DNA of 64,000 nucleotides from a virus (taxonomy: Duplodnaviria > Caudoviricetes), in the IMG/VR virus record IMGVR_UViG_3300000478_000013, positions 1-64,000 of that record. One strand, 5' to 3'. The position numbers and the translations under genes are program-made. Positions 18,563-27,700 of the stretch are shown piece after piece. Positions within the stretch are counted from its first letter, which is position 1. The number at the start of each line of letters is the position of its first letter. The notes under the pieces were generated by a model that was not told where the DNA came from, did not search any database, and saw only the letters and a list, made by a program, of their open reading frames with translations.

Positions 18563-18598
18563 TGACGTGGGACTCACTATACGAGTCGAAAGGTAGAA

Positions 18599-18970
18599 AT
18601 GCCTAAAAAACTACCAGTAGACGATTTGCCTAGACCTTGCTCTATATCTGGGAGTGGGAGACGGAGCAAGGATACCTACGTGTACTTCTGTGCCACGTCT
18701 ACCATCTTTGGAGAAACGAGGAGAATATTCTCCTGCGATTGGCACACGGAAGAAGGAAGAAGAATCTGGGTTAGCAAGGATCCTATAGAATACAGACTAG
18801 GAGGAAGATTTTCCAAGGAGAGTGTCACTAAAGGAGGGTATATGAGATACAGTATTGACGGATCTACCAAGTATCAAAGTATGTTCGAAGTACAAGAAGC
18901 ACACGTTGGAGATCAGAACGTTTTCTCTTCATTCTTCAGCGAAGAAGCAAAAGTATTACTAAAAAAGTAA
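18599..18970 (+). CDS. hypothetical protein
   Basis: ORF fills the gap between genes. Confidence 0.5.
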   Translation: MPKKLPVDDLPRPCSISGSGRRSKDTYVYFCATSTIFGETRRIFSCDWHTEEGRRIWVSKDPIEYRLGGRFSKESVTKGGYMRYSIDGSTKYQSMFEVQEAHVGDQNVFSSFFSEEAKVLLKK

Positions 18971-18987
18971 ACACATTAATTATTAGT

Positions 18988-19611
18988 ATGAGAAAAAGGT
19001 ACAAAGGACTTTCCTACGGAATGCCTCTTGCCCTAGGGGAAGAGATGATCGCAGGTGTCCTCGATGGAACCAAAACACACACTATAAGGGTGGTGTCCGA
19101 AAAAGACAGGAAGAAGACCGACGGATATGTCGGTGGGCTTCCCGCGTCCTTGGACGCCAAGAGGAAGCTTACCCGACTAACTCTCCCTTACGGAGAACTA
19201 GGCGATTACTTATGGATCCGCGAGTCCTACCAGCTAGATGATACCGAAGTTAGGTACAGACTGATGGACGACCCCTCTAAGTCTACCCCAAACGAAGACT
19301 GGCTTCCTGTGGTAGGTATGCCAGAAGAGTGCTCCAGGATATGTCTTCTGGTGACTGGATACAGATACATTCATGGGGTGCAGGACCTGTCCGTGGAGGA
19401 TATTGAAAGGGACGGGTTCTCTTCAGATTATCCCCCAGGAAAAAGGTGCAACGCGGACATAAGAAATACGTTCGCCAGATATTGGAACACTCGGTATAGG
19501 TCGAGCAAAGATAAGTGGGAAGCAAACCCACCAGTATGGATTGCAGAGTTTGTTCTTCTTTCGAAGGAGGAGTCAGACGCCTTGAAGAAGGCAAAGGATT
19601 ACCTAAGGTAG
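18988..19611 (+). CDS. ASCH/PUA-like phage protein
   Basis: MI..VLDGTKT.T.R, PYGE.GD.LWIRE, MP...SRI.L.V, W..NP.VW..EF. Confidence 0.7.
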   Translation: MRKRYKGLSYGMPLALGEEMIAGVLDGTKTHTIRVVSEKDRKKTDGYVGGLPASLDAKRKLTRLTLPYGELGDYLWIRESYQLDDTEVRYRLMDDPSKSTPNEDWLPVVGMPEECSRICLLVTGYRYIHGVQDLSVEDIERDGFSSDYPPGKRCNADIRNTFARYWNTRYRSSKDKWEANPPVWIAEFVLLSKEESDALKKAKDYLR

Positions 19612-20010
19612 TCTAATGGCGTCAGACGCTTGCTGAAAGAAGTCAGCTGCGGTTCCGGCTAATGCCCCTTCTTGTTCCCTGAGCTTTCGCACCACCTTCT
19701 CCAGTATGGCTCTAGCGGCAGACTCGGAGCTTAGTGTGTCGCGGTAAGATGACCCTTGGGGGCGCACGTTCCTGACGAAGTGAACGGAGAACTCTACCGG
19801 GTTCATGTCCCGCATAAAGTCTGGATAAGATACCAGCTTGTCTGCGAACTTCAGGAGAAAGGTATCCCCTGACTTCATTGCTAATTTAGAGAAGTTGGAC
19901 ACGAACCTTTCAAAGGAGGGTTTCCCGAAGGCCACCTTTGTGGAGCTTCCTAACTCCCTCTCCAGCCTTGCTATTAGTATCTTTCTCTTATTATTTTGCA
20001 TGAGTGTCAC
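19603..20010 (-). CDS. hypothetical protein
   Basis: GTGA overlap with the upstream - gene. Confidence 0.55.
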   Translation of the reverse strand: MTLMQNNKRKILIARLERELGSSTKVAFGKPSFERFVSNFSKLAMKSGDTFLLKFADKLVSYPDFMRDMNPVEFSVHFVRNVRPQGSSYRDTLSSESAARAILEKVVRKLREQEGALAGTAADFFQQASDAIRLP

Positions 20011-21356
20011 TCGTTTGAGTACATGGACTGGAGGTAGGCGGCGTTGACAATTTCTCTGCCTATTTCTCCATACTCTTCGTGAAGAGTGATGCGGTTCATG
20101 TCACGTCCAGACCTGTATCCGGCATTCGCTGCCCAGGCGTCACGTGCAGCAAGAGTCCTAAACGACTCGACAACGCACCCACGCATCTCCTTCTTCACAG
20201 AATGGTGGATGTGACCACAATACCAGAACCTATGTATGGTTCCTCCCCAATCTTGGGGGCGTTCTGCCGCCATGATGGACTCTAGGTCTGCGTGCTTCTG
20301 GTTATGTCCGTGTGTAATTCCTATCAGGTTCTTACCGAACCTATGCCAGTGGAACCTGCTAGGACTCTGGTCTATGGAAACTCTGGGCTCGTTTCTATAG
20401 TAGCAGTCCAAAGAAAGGCTAAGCAGCATAGCACTGTGGTCGTCATGGTTACCTATTTCGTTGACGACTCTGACTGTTTCGTGGTGAATGAGGGCCTGAT
20501 CAATCATGTAGACCATGATATCGATACCTACCCTTAGAACCTTCGCCCATCGCCCATCCACGTCAAGAGCGTGCCCCGACCTGGATGTTCTGTTTTGTTC
20601 GTTGTCTGAGTGAAAGAAGTCTCCCAGATTGACGATCAGAGCACTACTCGCTCTTGGGCCTCTCTGTACCAACTCCTCCATGGCACGGCAGAATATGTCC
20701 TTCGCCTTAGACAGATCAAAATCCTCGCCAGTCTCAGGGGCCCAGCTTAGCATTCCTATGTGAGGATCTCCCATGGGGTAGACGGCCAGAAGACTCTTGT
20801 TTAGCCCCTTCTTATCCGGACTGGGTATGCTTCCCTTGCGGGTGGGCATGATCTCTGGAAGGGTGGCCAGGAGTCGCTGTAGAACAGCCTCCCTGCTCTC
20901 CTCCTCCTTCTTCGTCTTGACCCACTGAACAAGCGTATGTCCGTCCCCGCTTACCAGCGTCGACACACCACTCACCATGTGCCCCTCTGGAACTTGGTCG
21001 GTGAGGGACCCCTTTGCCTGCGCTAGTGGGGCTTTGATCCACTGCTCTATTAGGTTCCCGTCTTCGTCCAGATTGCTATTAACCTGCTTGACGAAGTAAC
21101 CTTCTGGAACTGCAGGTATAGGAAGGTCCTCAACTAGACCACGAATGGCAGTAGGATGTATGGAGGAGGCCATAAGACGAACGGGGCCCCACCCCATGCA
21201 CCTGTCGATGTCAGTTCTGTTTACGTCCTCTGCATGAGCTAAGAACTTATCTCGGGTAAGCTTATCCACAGGTATTCCCAGGGAGTAGGCTACTTGAGCA
21301 ACCCTCTGGGCCACCCATTTAACATGTTTCGAAGTTCCTCGTTCGGGCTTGCTCAT
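20007..21356 (-). CDS. calcineurin-like metallophosphoesterase
   Basis: GDPHIG, LGDFFH, GNHD, HGH, GHIHH; GAGGA SD. Confidence 0.85.
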   Translation of the reverse strand: MSKPERGTSKHVKWVAQRVAQVAYSLGIPVDKLTRDKFLAHAEDVNRTDIDRCMGWGPVRLMASSIHPTAIRGLVEDLPIPAVPEGYFVKQVNSNLDEDGNLIEQWIKAPLAQAKGSLTDQVPEGHMVSGVSTLVSGDGHTLVQWVKTKKEEESREAVLQRLLATLPEIMPTRKGSIPSPDKKGLNKSLLAVYPMGDPHIGMLSWAPETGEDFDLSKAKDIFCRAMEELVQRGPRASSALIVNLGDFFHSDNEQNRTSRSGHALDVDGRWAKVLRVGIDIMVYMIDQALIHHETVRVVNEIGNHDDHSAMLLSLSLDCYYRNEPRVSIDQSPSRFHWHRFGKNLIGITHGHNQKHADLESIMAAERPQDWGGTIHRFWYCGHIHHSVKKEMRGCVVESFRTLAARDAWAANAGYRSGRDMNRITLHEEYGEIGREIVNAAYLQSMYSNE

Positions 21357-21406
21357 GCAATCCTCTTTCTTACGTGCGGAAGAGCACCTAACTCAGGTTT
21401 ACAGGA

Positions 21407-22567
21407 CTATTCGCTAAAGAACTCGGAGAAAGACTTGGACGGAACGCCCTTCTCCTCTTCGTTTCCTTGCTTTTCTGCGGATTCTTTCTTTAGCGCTGAT
21501 AGGAAGGAAACGATCTTATCCTTCCTGTTACGTACTATCTCCTGCGCCTTCACCACAAGATTCTGCGCCTTTTCTGACTTCAGAACAAGTTCTGGCTTAG
21601 ACGCCGCAAATTGCATGACGCCCAAAGCACGGGTGGCCATGACGAAGGACTTGTAGGAAAGGTACAACGCCTTTTTAGTTCTTGAATCAAGCTCTTCTTC
21701 TAGGTCTATGGGAGCGGTTCCGTGCTCAAGCAGCAATGCTTCCCTATAGAATTCCTTATCCCTGTTCAGAGCCTCGTGCACTCTGTTTTTGTTGTACAGG
21801 GTGAAGATGTTTTGGTCGAGCGCCTCAGTGAGAACGGCGTCATCACCGAGCAGTTGCTCTGCCCGTTTGTTGATCAGGGAAGCAAGCTGGGTCACTATAC
21901 CCCGTGTTTCCCTCTCCGCAGATTTTAGCTGCTCTTCTACGGCCTCTAGTGCTGTAGAATCTGTGGGTGCCTTTTGCTCTGGTGCGGTTGACTTCGGCAG
22001 GTTCTTCTCGAATTTAAGAAGGCTTTGCTGCATCTGTGGTATAAGCTGAGCAAGCTTCTCCATGGCCTTGTAGAGACGATCTCTATACTGTGGATTCTGC
22101 TTCGCCAAATCTACAAATCTGGCGTCTTGTAGCCGGGATCCTATCATGGCCACGGTAAGGAATTGGTCAAATCCCTGCATCAGACCCCAAAAACTCTTTG
22201 AGGTCAGGGAGAAAGGGACAGCGGGATTTTTCCTGGCAGCTTCCAGGATGGGCTTGAATAGTGCGTCCTGGTTCCCCTTGACTTCCGGCAATTTTGTTGT
22301 ATCTACTACACCTGCGTCAGTTACGACTGACCTTATGGTCTCGGAGAGAGACCTAAGAGGTTCAACCCCTCCATCTGACAGGGGGAGTTCTGCAGCCTTT
22401 AGGGCCTTGAACAGCTTGCCTCTTGCTGTTAGCATTACCTTCTTAGACCTCTCCGCCATACGATCTATCATCTCTTCTTCAGAGGAGAGGGCCACCTTAC
22501 TCAGCCTGTTTAGAAGAGCAAGATTCCTGGCCACAACGTTTAGTCGGGTGCGTAAATTCTCTTTCAT
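21407..22567 (-). CDS. helical hypothetical protein with shared leader motif
   Basis: ATG 22567 (MKENLRTRLNVVARNL...SKVA); TAGAAT 12 nt upstream. Confidence 0.6.
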   Translation of the reverse strand: MKENLRTRLNVVARNLALLNRLSKVALSSEEEMIDRMAERSKKVMLTARGKLFKALKAAELPLSDGGVEPLRSLSETIRSVVTDAGVVDTTKLPEVKGNQDALFKPILEAARKNPAVPFSLTSKSFWGLMQGFDQFLTVAMIGSRLQDARFVDLAKQNPQYRDRLYKAMEKLAQLIPQMQQSLLKFEKNLPKSTAPEQKAPTDSTALEAVEEQLKSAERETRGIVTQLASLINKRAEQLLGDDAVLTEALDQNIFTLYNKNRVHEALNRDKEFYREALLLEHGTAPIDLEEELDSRTKKALYLSYKSFVMATRALGVMQFAASKPELVLKSEKAQNLVVKAQEIVRNRKDKIVSFLSALKKESAEKQGNEEEKGVPSKSFSEFFSE

Positions 22568-22597
22568 GGGCAAACCATAATTCTAAAGGAGACCAAC

Positions 22598-23050
22598 ATG
22601 AAGCTAGATAACACAGTAGCGCCTAAGTACTACGTCGAGGTCGTAGGATTCACAGGCACACAACTAGGCATGACCAAGAGGCAAGAAACCAGAGTCAGGG
22701 AGCTTCTGCACAGTTTGTCACCAAGTAAGATCATACACGGAGACTGCGTGGGCGCAGATGCACAAACTCATGATATAGCAGAAGACCTTGGTATAGAGAT
22801 TGCCATAAAACCGTGCACAATAAGAAACAAAAGAGCCTTCAAAAGTGCCAGTTCTGTGGCAAAACCTGAAGATCCTCTAGAGAGAAATAAGAAGATAGTA
22901 GAGGAGTCTGACCTCGTTATTGCGTGTCCAAAAGAGCCTAAATCCACCCTCAGATCTGGCACATGGAGCACTGTAAGACACGCTAAAAAGACTGAAATAC
23001 CCGTCTGGATTATCTATCCAGACGGGTCCGAAGACCCTCCTGTACTGTAA
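22598..23050 (+). CDS. SLOG-superfamily (DprA/YspA-like) protein
   Basis: VGFTGT, HGDCVGAD, ERNKKIV, RSGTWSTVRHA. Confidence 0.75.
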   Translation: MKLDNTVAPKYYVEVVGFTGTQLGMTKRQETRVRELLHSLSPSKIIHGDCVGADAQTHDIAEDLGIEIAIKPCTIRNKRAFKSASSVAKPEDPLERNKKIVEESDLVIACPKEPKSTLRSGTWSTVRHAKKTEIPVWIIYPDGSEDPPVL

Positions 23051-23094
23051 AATTGTTGTGTTTTGGCTGTAAAAACGGCAGAAAGAAGCGTAAA

Positions 23095-23442
23095 ATGCAA
23101 GATTTTAAGTCAAAAATGAAGGCGGTATCTCGTAGAATTTCGTACTTAAGGGGCAAAATAGAGTCCAACGAAGGTACGCAAAAGTCCCTCAGTTATGATA
23201 AAGCAGAGGCATCTGCGTTGTCTGATTTGGTGCGAGTTGCTGCCATTTATGACGAGGCACGAGGGTCTGGTGGGTCTCACGTGGAAAACACGATGTGTTT
23301 AGCCATGGATGTACTGGACGACTTGATGGAAAGCGGCGCCTTGCCCAATGACCAAGTGGAAAGGGTACAGACGGCGTGGAGCAAACTAAACCAAAGTATT
23401 ACCACGCTTAGAAAAATGGCGGACACGGATGAAGAACCTTGA
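23095..23442 (+). CDS. helical hypothetical protein
   Basis: ATG 23095. Confidence 0.55.
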   Translation: MQDFKSKMKAVSRRISYLRGKIESNEGTQKSLSYDKAEASALSDLVRVAAIYDEARGSGGSHVENTMCLAMDVLDDLMESGALPNDQVERVQTAWSKLNQSITTLRKMADTDEEP

Positions 23443-24289
23443 ATCCTATCAGCAGAGGTACATTGTGGTGGATTTCCAGAACACAGTATGGAAGTCCTGG
23501 ATGGTCAATTCTGGTGGGGACGAACTAAAAACATCTTCGGGGTATCCTGCTGGTCATGTGTTCCGGTTTTTTAGAACGGCGTATAAGTGGAAGAGGGATT
23601 TCTTTGGGGAACTAGTCTTCTGCTACGAGGGAGGAGAAAAGAGGAGATACGAATTATTTCCTTCGTACAAAGCGGGAAGAAACAAGGATAGGGACTTTGA
23701 CCCAGCTCCAGACATCCGGAGCCTCGTCTCCTTCTTGCGTTGCGTGGAGATAAAGCCAAAACATGCAGAGGCCGACGACGCCATAGCGGCCTGGATACAT
23801 CGACACCCGAATGCTCAGCACCTAATACTATCCTCGGACAAGGATCTGTGGTCCTGCCGCGCTCCTAACGTGAGTATCGTATCCTTCCAAGACCTTTTAA
23901 CTGACGATGACATACGTAAGTCCTGCACAAAGCACTACGGTTCTCCTTCCCCTAAGTCTATAACCATGGCCAAGGCTCTTTTCGGAGACAAGAGTGACGG
24001 ACTTCCTGGGGTACCTAGATTGATGAAGAAACACGTTGTGGCGCTAATCGAGAGGGCCGACACCCCTGACCACCTCTTCTCCAATTTGGGAGGCGTTCCT
24101 CAGAAGACAGCGGAAAAGCTAAGAGAACATGAGGACCAAATACGCACTATGTATGAGGTAGTGAAGCTTCGTACTGACGTAAGGCTTCAGAAGAGGGAAA
24201 GAGAAGGGGACGCGAAAGGTCTTAGGTCGTTTCTTCGCAAGTTCGAGTGTAACTCTCTTCTTCCCCACGTAGATTTTATGACGTCCTGA
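23429..24289 (+). CDS. 5'-3' exonuclease / flap endonuclease (PolA N-terminal/T4 RNase H-like)
   Basis: VVD..N, R..LFPSYKAGR, EADDAIA, SSDKDL, AL.GDKSDGLPGV. Confidence 0.92.
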   Translation: MKNLESYQQRYIVVDFQNTVWKSWMVNSGGDELKTSSGYPAGHVFRFFRTAYKWKRDFFGELVFCYEGGEKRRYELFPSYKAGRNKDRDFDPAPDIRSLVSFLRCVEIKPKHAEADDAIAAWIHRHPNAQHLILSSDKDLWSCRAPNVSIVSFQDLLTDDDIRKSCTKHYGSPSPKSITMAKALFGDKSDGLPGVPRLMKKHVVALIERADTPDHLFSNLGGVPQKTAEKLREHEDQIRTMYEVVKLRTDVRLQKREREGDAKGLRSFLRKFECNSLLPHVDFMTS

Positions 24290-24315
24290 AGGCGTGGTGT
24301 ATGTAAAGACAGTGC

Positions 24316-24756
24316 ATGCCCAAGAAAAACCAGGTAGTAAAGTTCAAGAAGCTGCACCCTGATGCTGTCATCCCAGAGAAGGCCACCTCGGGGTCTGCTG
24401 GATTTGACCTGTGCACTGTAGAGGATTTCGTCATCCCTTCTATGTCCAGAGTCAAAGTAAGGACCGGACTAGCCATAGAAATACCATCAGGGTATGAAGG
24501 CCAGGTACGTCCCCGCAGTGGCCTCGCAGCACGTCAAGGAATAACTGTGCTGAACAGCCCTGGAACTGTAGACTCTGACTACAGGGGGGAGGTTCAGGTC
24601 ATACTGATTAACTTCGGTCCTGAAGCTTCTTTCAAGTCCGGTGATCGCATTGCCCAAATGGTGATAGGATCCGTTCCTTCTCTTTCCTTTGAAGAGGTGT
24701 CCGATATATCTGACACCGAAAGGGGAGAGGGAGGCTTTGGATCCACTGGAATCTGA
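24316..24756 (+). CDS. dut: trimeric dUTPase
   Basis: SAGFDL, RPRSGLA, PGTVDSDYRGE, GDRIAQ, RGEGGFGSTG. Confidence 0.97.
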   Translation: MPKKNQVVKFKKLHPDAVIPEKATSGSAGFDLCTVEDFVIPSMSRVKVRTGLAIEIPSGYEGQVRPRSGLAARQGITVLNSPGTVDSDYRGEVQVILINFGPEASFKSGDRIAQMVIGSVPSLSFEEVSDISDTERGEGGFGSTGI

Positions 24757-27700
24757 TGGGTAAGAAGACAAAACTATGCGTTCTCAACAACGTGCTTTGG
24801 GTACCCTCCCAGTACGTCGATGATGACGCACGCAAAGACTTCACCTACAAATTTGAAGAGGTAGAGTACCATCCCAACCTAGACTTGCCTTCAAAGTGCT
24901 CCAACTGTGAGTTGTGGGGAAAGAAGTGGAGGCCAGGGAGAACTACGTGCAAACAGAAGGGTTACACCATTGAAGATGTGTGTAAGCATTTCTCCCCCAA
25001 GAAGGTCCCTGTTTCCAAGGAAATAGTAGTAAAAACCTATCAGGACAGACCAGATGGGTGGACTACGTTTGCTCGTGGAGACATAGGAAAGATAAAGAAG
25101 CACTTCGCTCGTTTGGGTGTGTCCGATGAAAGGGTAGCGCCGAAACTTGAGTTCGACCTTACCTGCCTAAGAGAACTTTACCCGGAGCAGCAAAAGGTAG
25201 CAGAAGATTGGCTATCCAAAAAATATGGTATCATACAGGCTCCCACCGGATGGGGAAAGTGCCTAGGAAAGGGTACTCCGATCTTGCTGTATGATGGCTC
25301 AGTAATTCCGGTAGAAAAAGTAGTTGTAGGGGACCTGCTTATGGGCCCAGACAGCCAACCACGTCGAGTTACCTCCACGTGTAGGGGTGTAGAACCCTTG
25401 TACCGAGTAACTCCTGTGAAGGGTGACCCCTATGTAGTCAACGAGTCTCACATCCTCTCACTAAAGCTCACCAGGTCAAAACCTTCGGATGAGGTAGTTC
25501 AGGTAAACATACCCGTTAAAGAATACTTGCAAAAGAGCAAGTGGTTTAAGCACAGAGCAAAAGGGTGGAGAACTGGGGTAGAGTTTCCTAAAACCAAACT
25601 CAACAAGGATATGCCCCCTTATGTTTTGGGTATGTGGCTTGGTGACGGGGCGACAAACAGGATGAAAAATTCCTTGAGGTCGCTTGGAGTTCTAGGAAAT
25701 AAACACATACCTCACGAGTATAAAACAGCGTCAAGAGAAGATAGGCTTCAGCTGTTGGCGGGACTCATAGACTCCGACAGTAGCAGGAACGCCGAGTGCT
25801 ATGATTTTATATCAAAGCACGAAAGGTTAGCCGATGATTTATGTTTTGTGGCGAGATCCGTCGGCTTGGCTGCGTACAAGAAGCCATGCATAAAAACGTG
25901 CTCCAATAATGGAGTAAGTGGAACTTACTATAGAGTGCATCTATCGGGTAACTGTTCTATCATACCGTGTAGAATACCTAGAAAAAAGGCCACACCAAGA
26001 TATCGTAGAAAAGACCACCTGGTAGTAGGCATACAGGTAGACCCTATAGGAGAGGGAGAGTACTACGGCTTTGAGGTAGAAGGACCTGATAGACTGTTCC
26101 TACTAGGCGATTTTACCGTAACACACAACACGGTCTGCTGGTCTTGGCTGGTGTCACACCTAAACCTAAAGACGTTACTTCTTGCACAAGAAGTTAGACA
26201 TCTAATGGTTGGGTTCGAAGGACTTTACGAGCACACCAATATAGCGGAGTTGGAAGAGGAGGCTGGTGAGCACCTCATTGGCATTCTCAACAAGGATTGG
26301 AAGTGGGTCGTAGATAGTGATGGAACCAAGAAAAGAAAGTGGATGACACGAAAGGGTAAGTTCTACCCTATAACTTTCGCCACCTTCCAGTCCTTTGCGT
26401 CAAAGGGTGGAAAGAAGTTGCGCAGGCAACTAAAGGATGAATTCGGACTCCTATGGGCAGAAGAGTGTTTGTCTGGAGACACTCTTGTACCGACCGTAGA
26501 AAGGGGTCTAATTCGTCTAGACGAATTTGTCGAAGATGCCTCCCAAAACCAGGATATTTCCATCCATGTAGGTACTAGATTTGGGGTGTCTAAGGCTAGG
26601 CGATGGATAAGGAAGAGCGCACAACCTACGGTCAAGATAACAACTCGCCTTGGCAATTCCGTTACTGCAACTCTCGACCATAAGATGCTCGTTCTTGACC
26701 CCGTAAGATACGAACTAGAGTGGGTTAGGTCCGAGGACTTAAAAGAGGGTGACTTGCTGTGTGTCAGCCCTGAGCCCGCTGTAAGGAAGACTCCTCTTCC
26801 TCTTGTCCTTCCAGCAGAGGCAGAACTAAGCCGTACTGAGGTAAGAAGGCCCACGACAATGACGCCTGACCTCGCCTTCCTCTTAGCCTGTGTGGTGACT
26901 GAGGGAGGGGTTTACCAGAACAGCCGGGTAGAGATAACGAACACCAACATGACGTTGCTTGACTCATATGCGTCTAAGATGGAGAGTGTGTTCGGTCTTA
27001 AACCTCGCGTGAGTCTGCAGTACCCCAAGGGAACTAGGGTAGACATACGTGGAAAATCGTACTTGTCTTCTATGGACTGCTACGTCAGCAGCACGTGTAG
27101 CAAGACACTGGCCTTATGGCTTCAGAGCCTCGGTATTTCTACAGACAATGCCCCATCTAAAGTCGTTCCTTGGAGTATACTACAGGCGGACGAAGAATCT
27201 CAATTAGCATTTCTTGCTGGTTTTCTTGAGTGTGATGGTTTCATTGCTGCTTCAGGATACATTGGATTCTGCAGTTCCAGTATTACCCTGTTGCATCAAT
27301 TGCAGGCAGTACTATTTGCACACGGTGTAACTAGCGCAGAGATCAAGAAACCAGACAAAGAAAGAGACCAATACTATATCAGGGTATCTGGGTCGGATTC
27401 GGAGAACCTGTATAGAAAGATTAGTCCTTGGCTGGTCACTAAATCATTGCCCGAGGTAAAACGAAGGAGCAGCAAACTTTACGGTATTCCTGCCTCTGGT
27501 ATAGTGGACCTACTTCAAGACCGTAGAGTACAGGGAACCGGACGCTGTACCTTTAGGAACGACGATAACAAGGAAGTTACGGTTCCACGCATCCCTAGAG
27601 AGTTTCTATACCCTCTTAGTTCCGTAAGGGGCCCGCAAAAGACACTTCCTTATGAAACCATTAGTCGTGGAGGGTACGACGAGTTAATTTCAAAAATTAC

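Noticed and set aside
18571-18587. GACTCACTATA, the core of the T7 promoter, within a GACTC/GAGTC hairpin and a 14-codon ORF (18562..18606)
   Set aside because: Single 11-nt match lacking TAATAC and the +1 GGG; no T7-type RNA polymerase in the window; most likely chance
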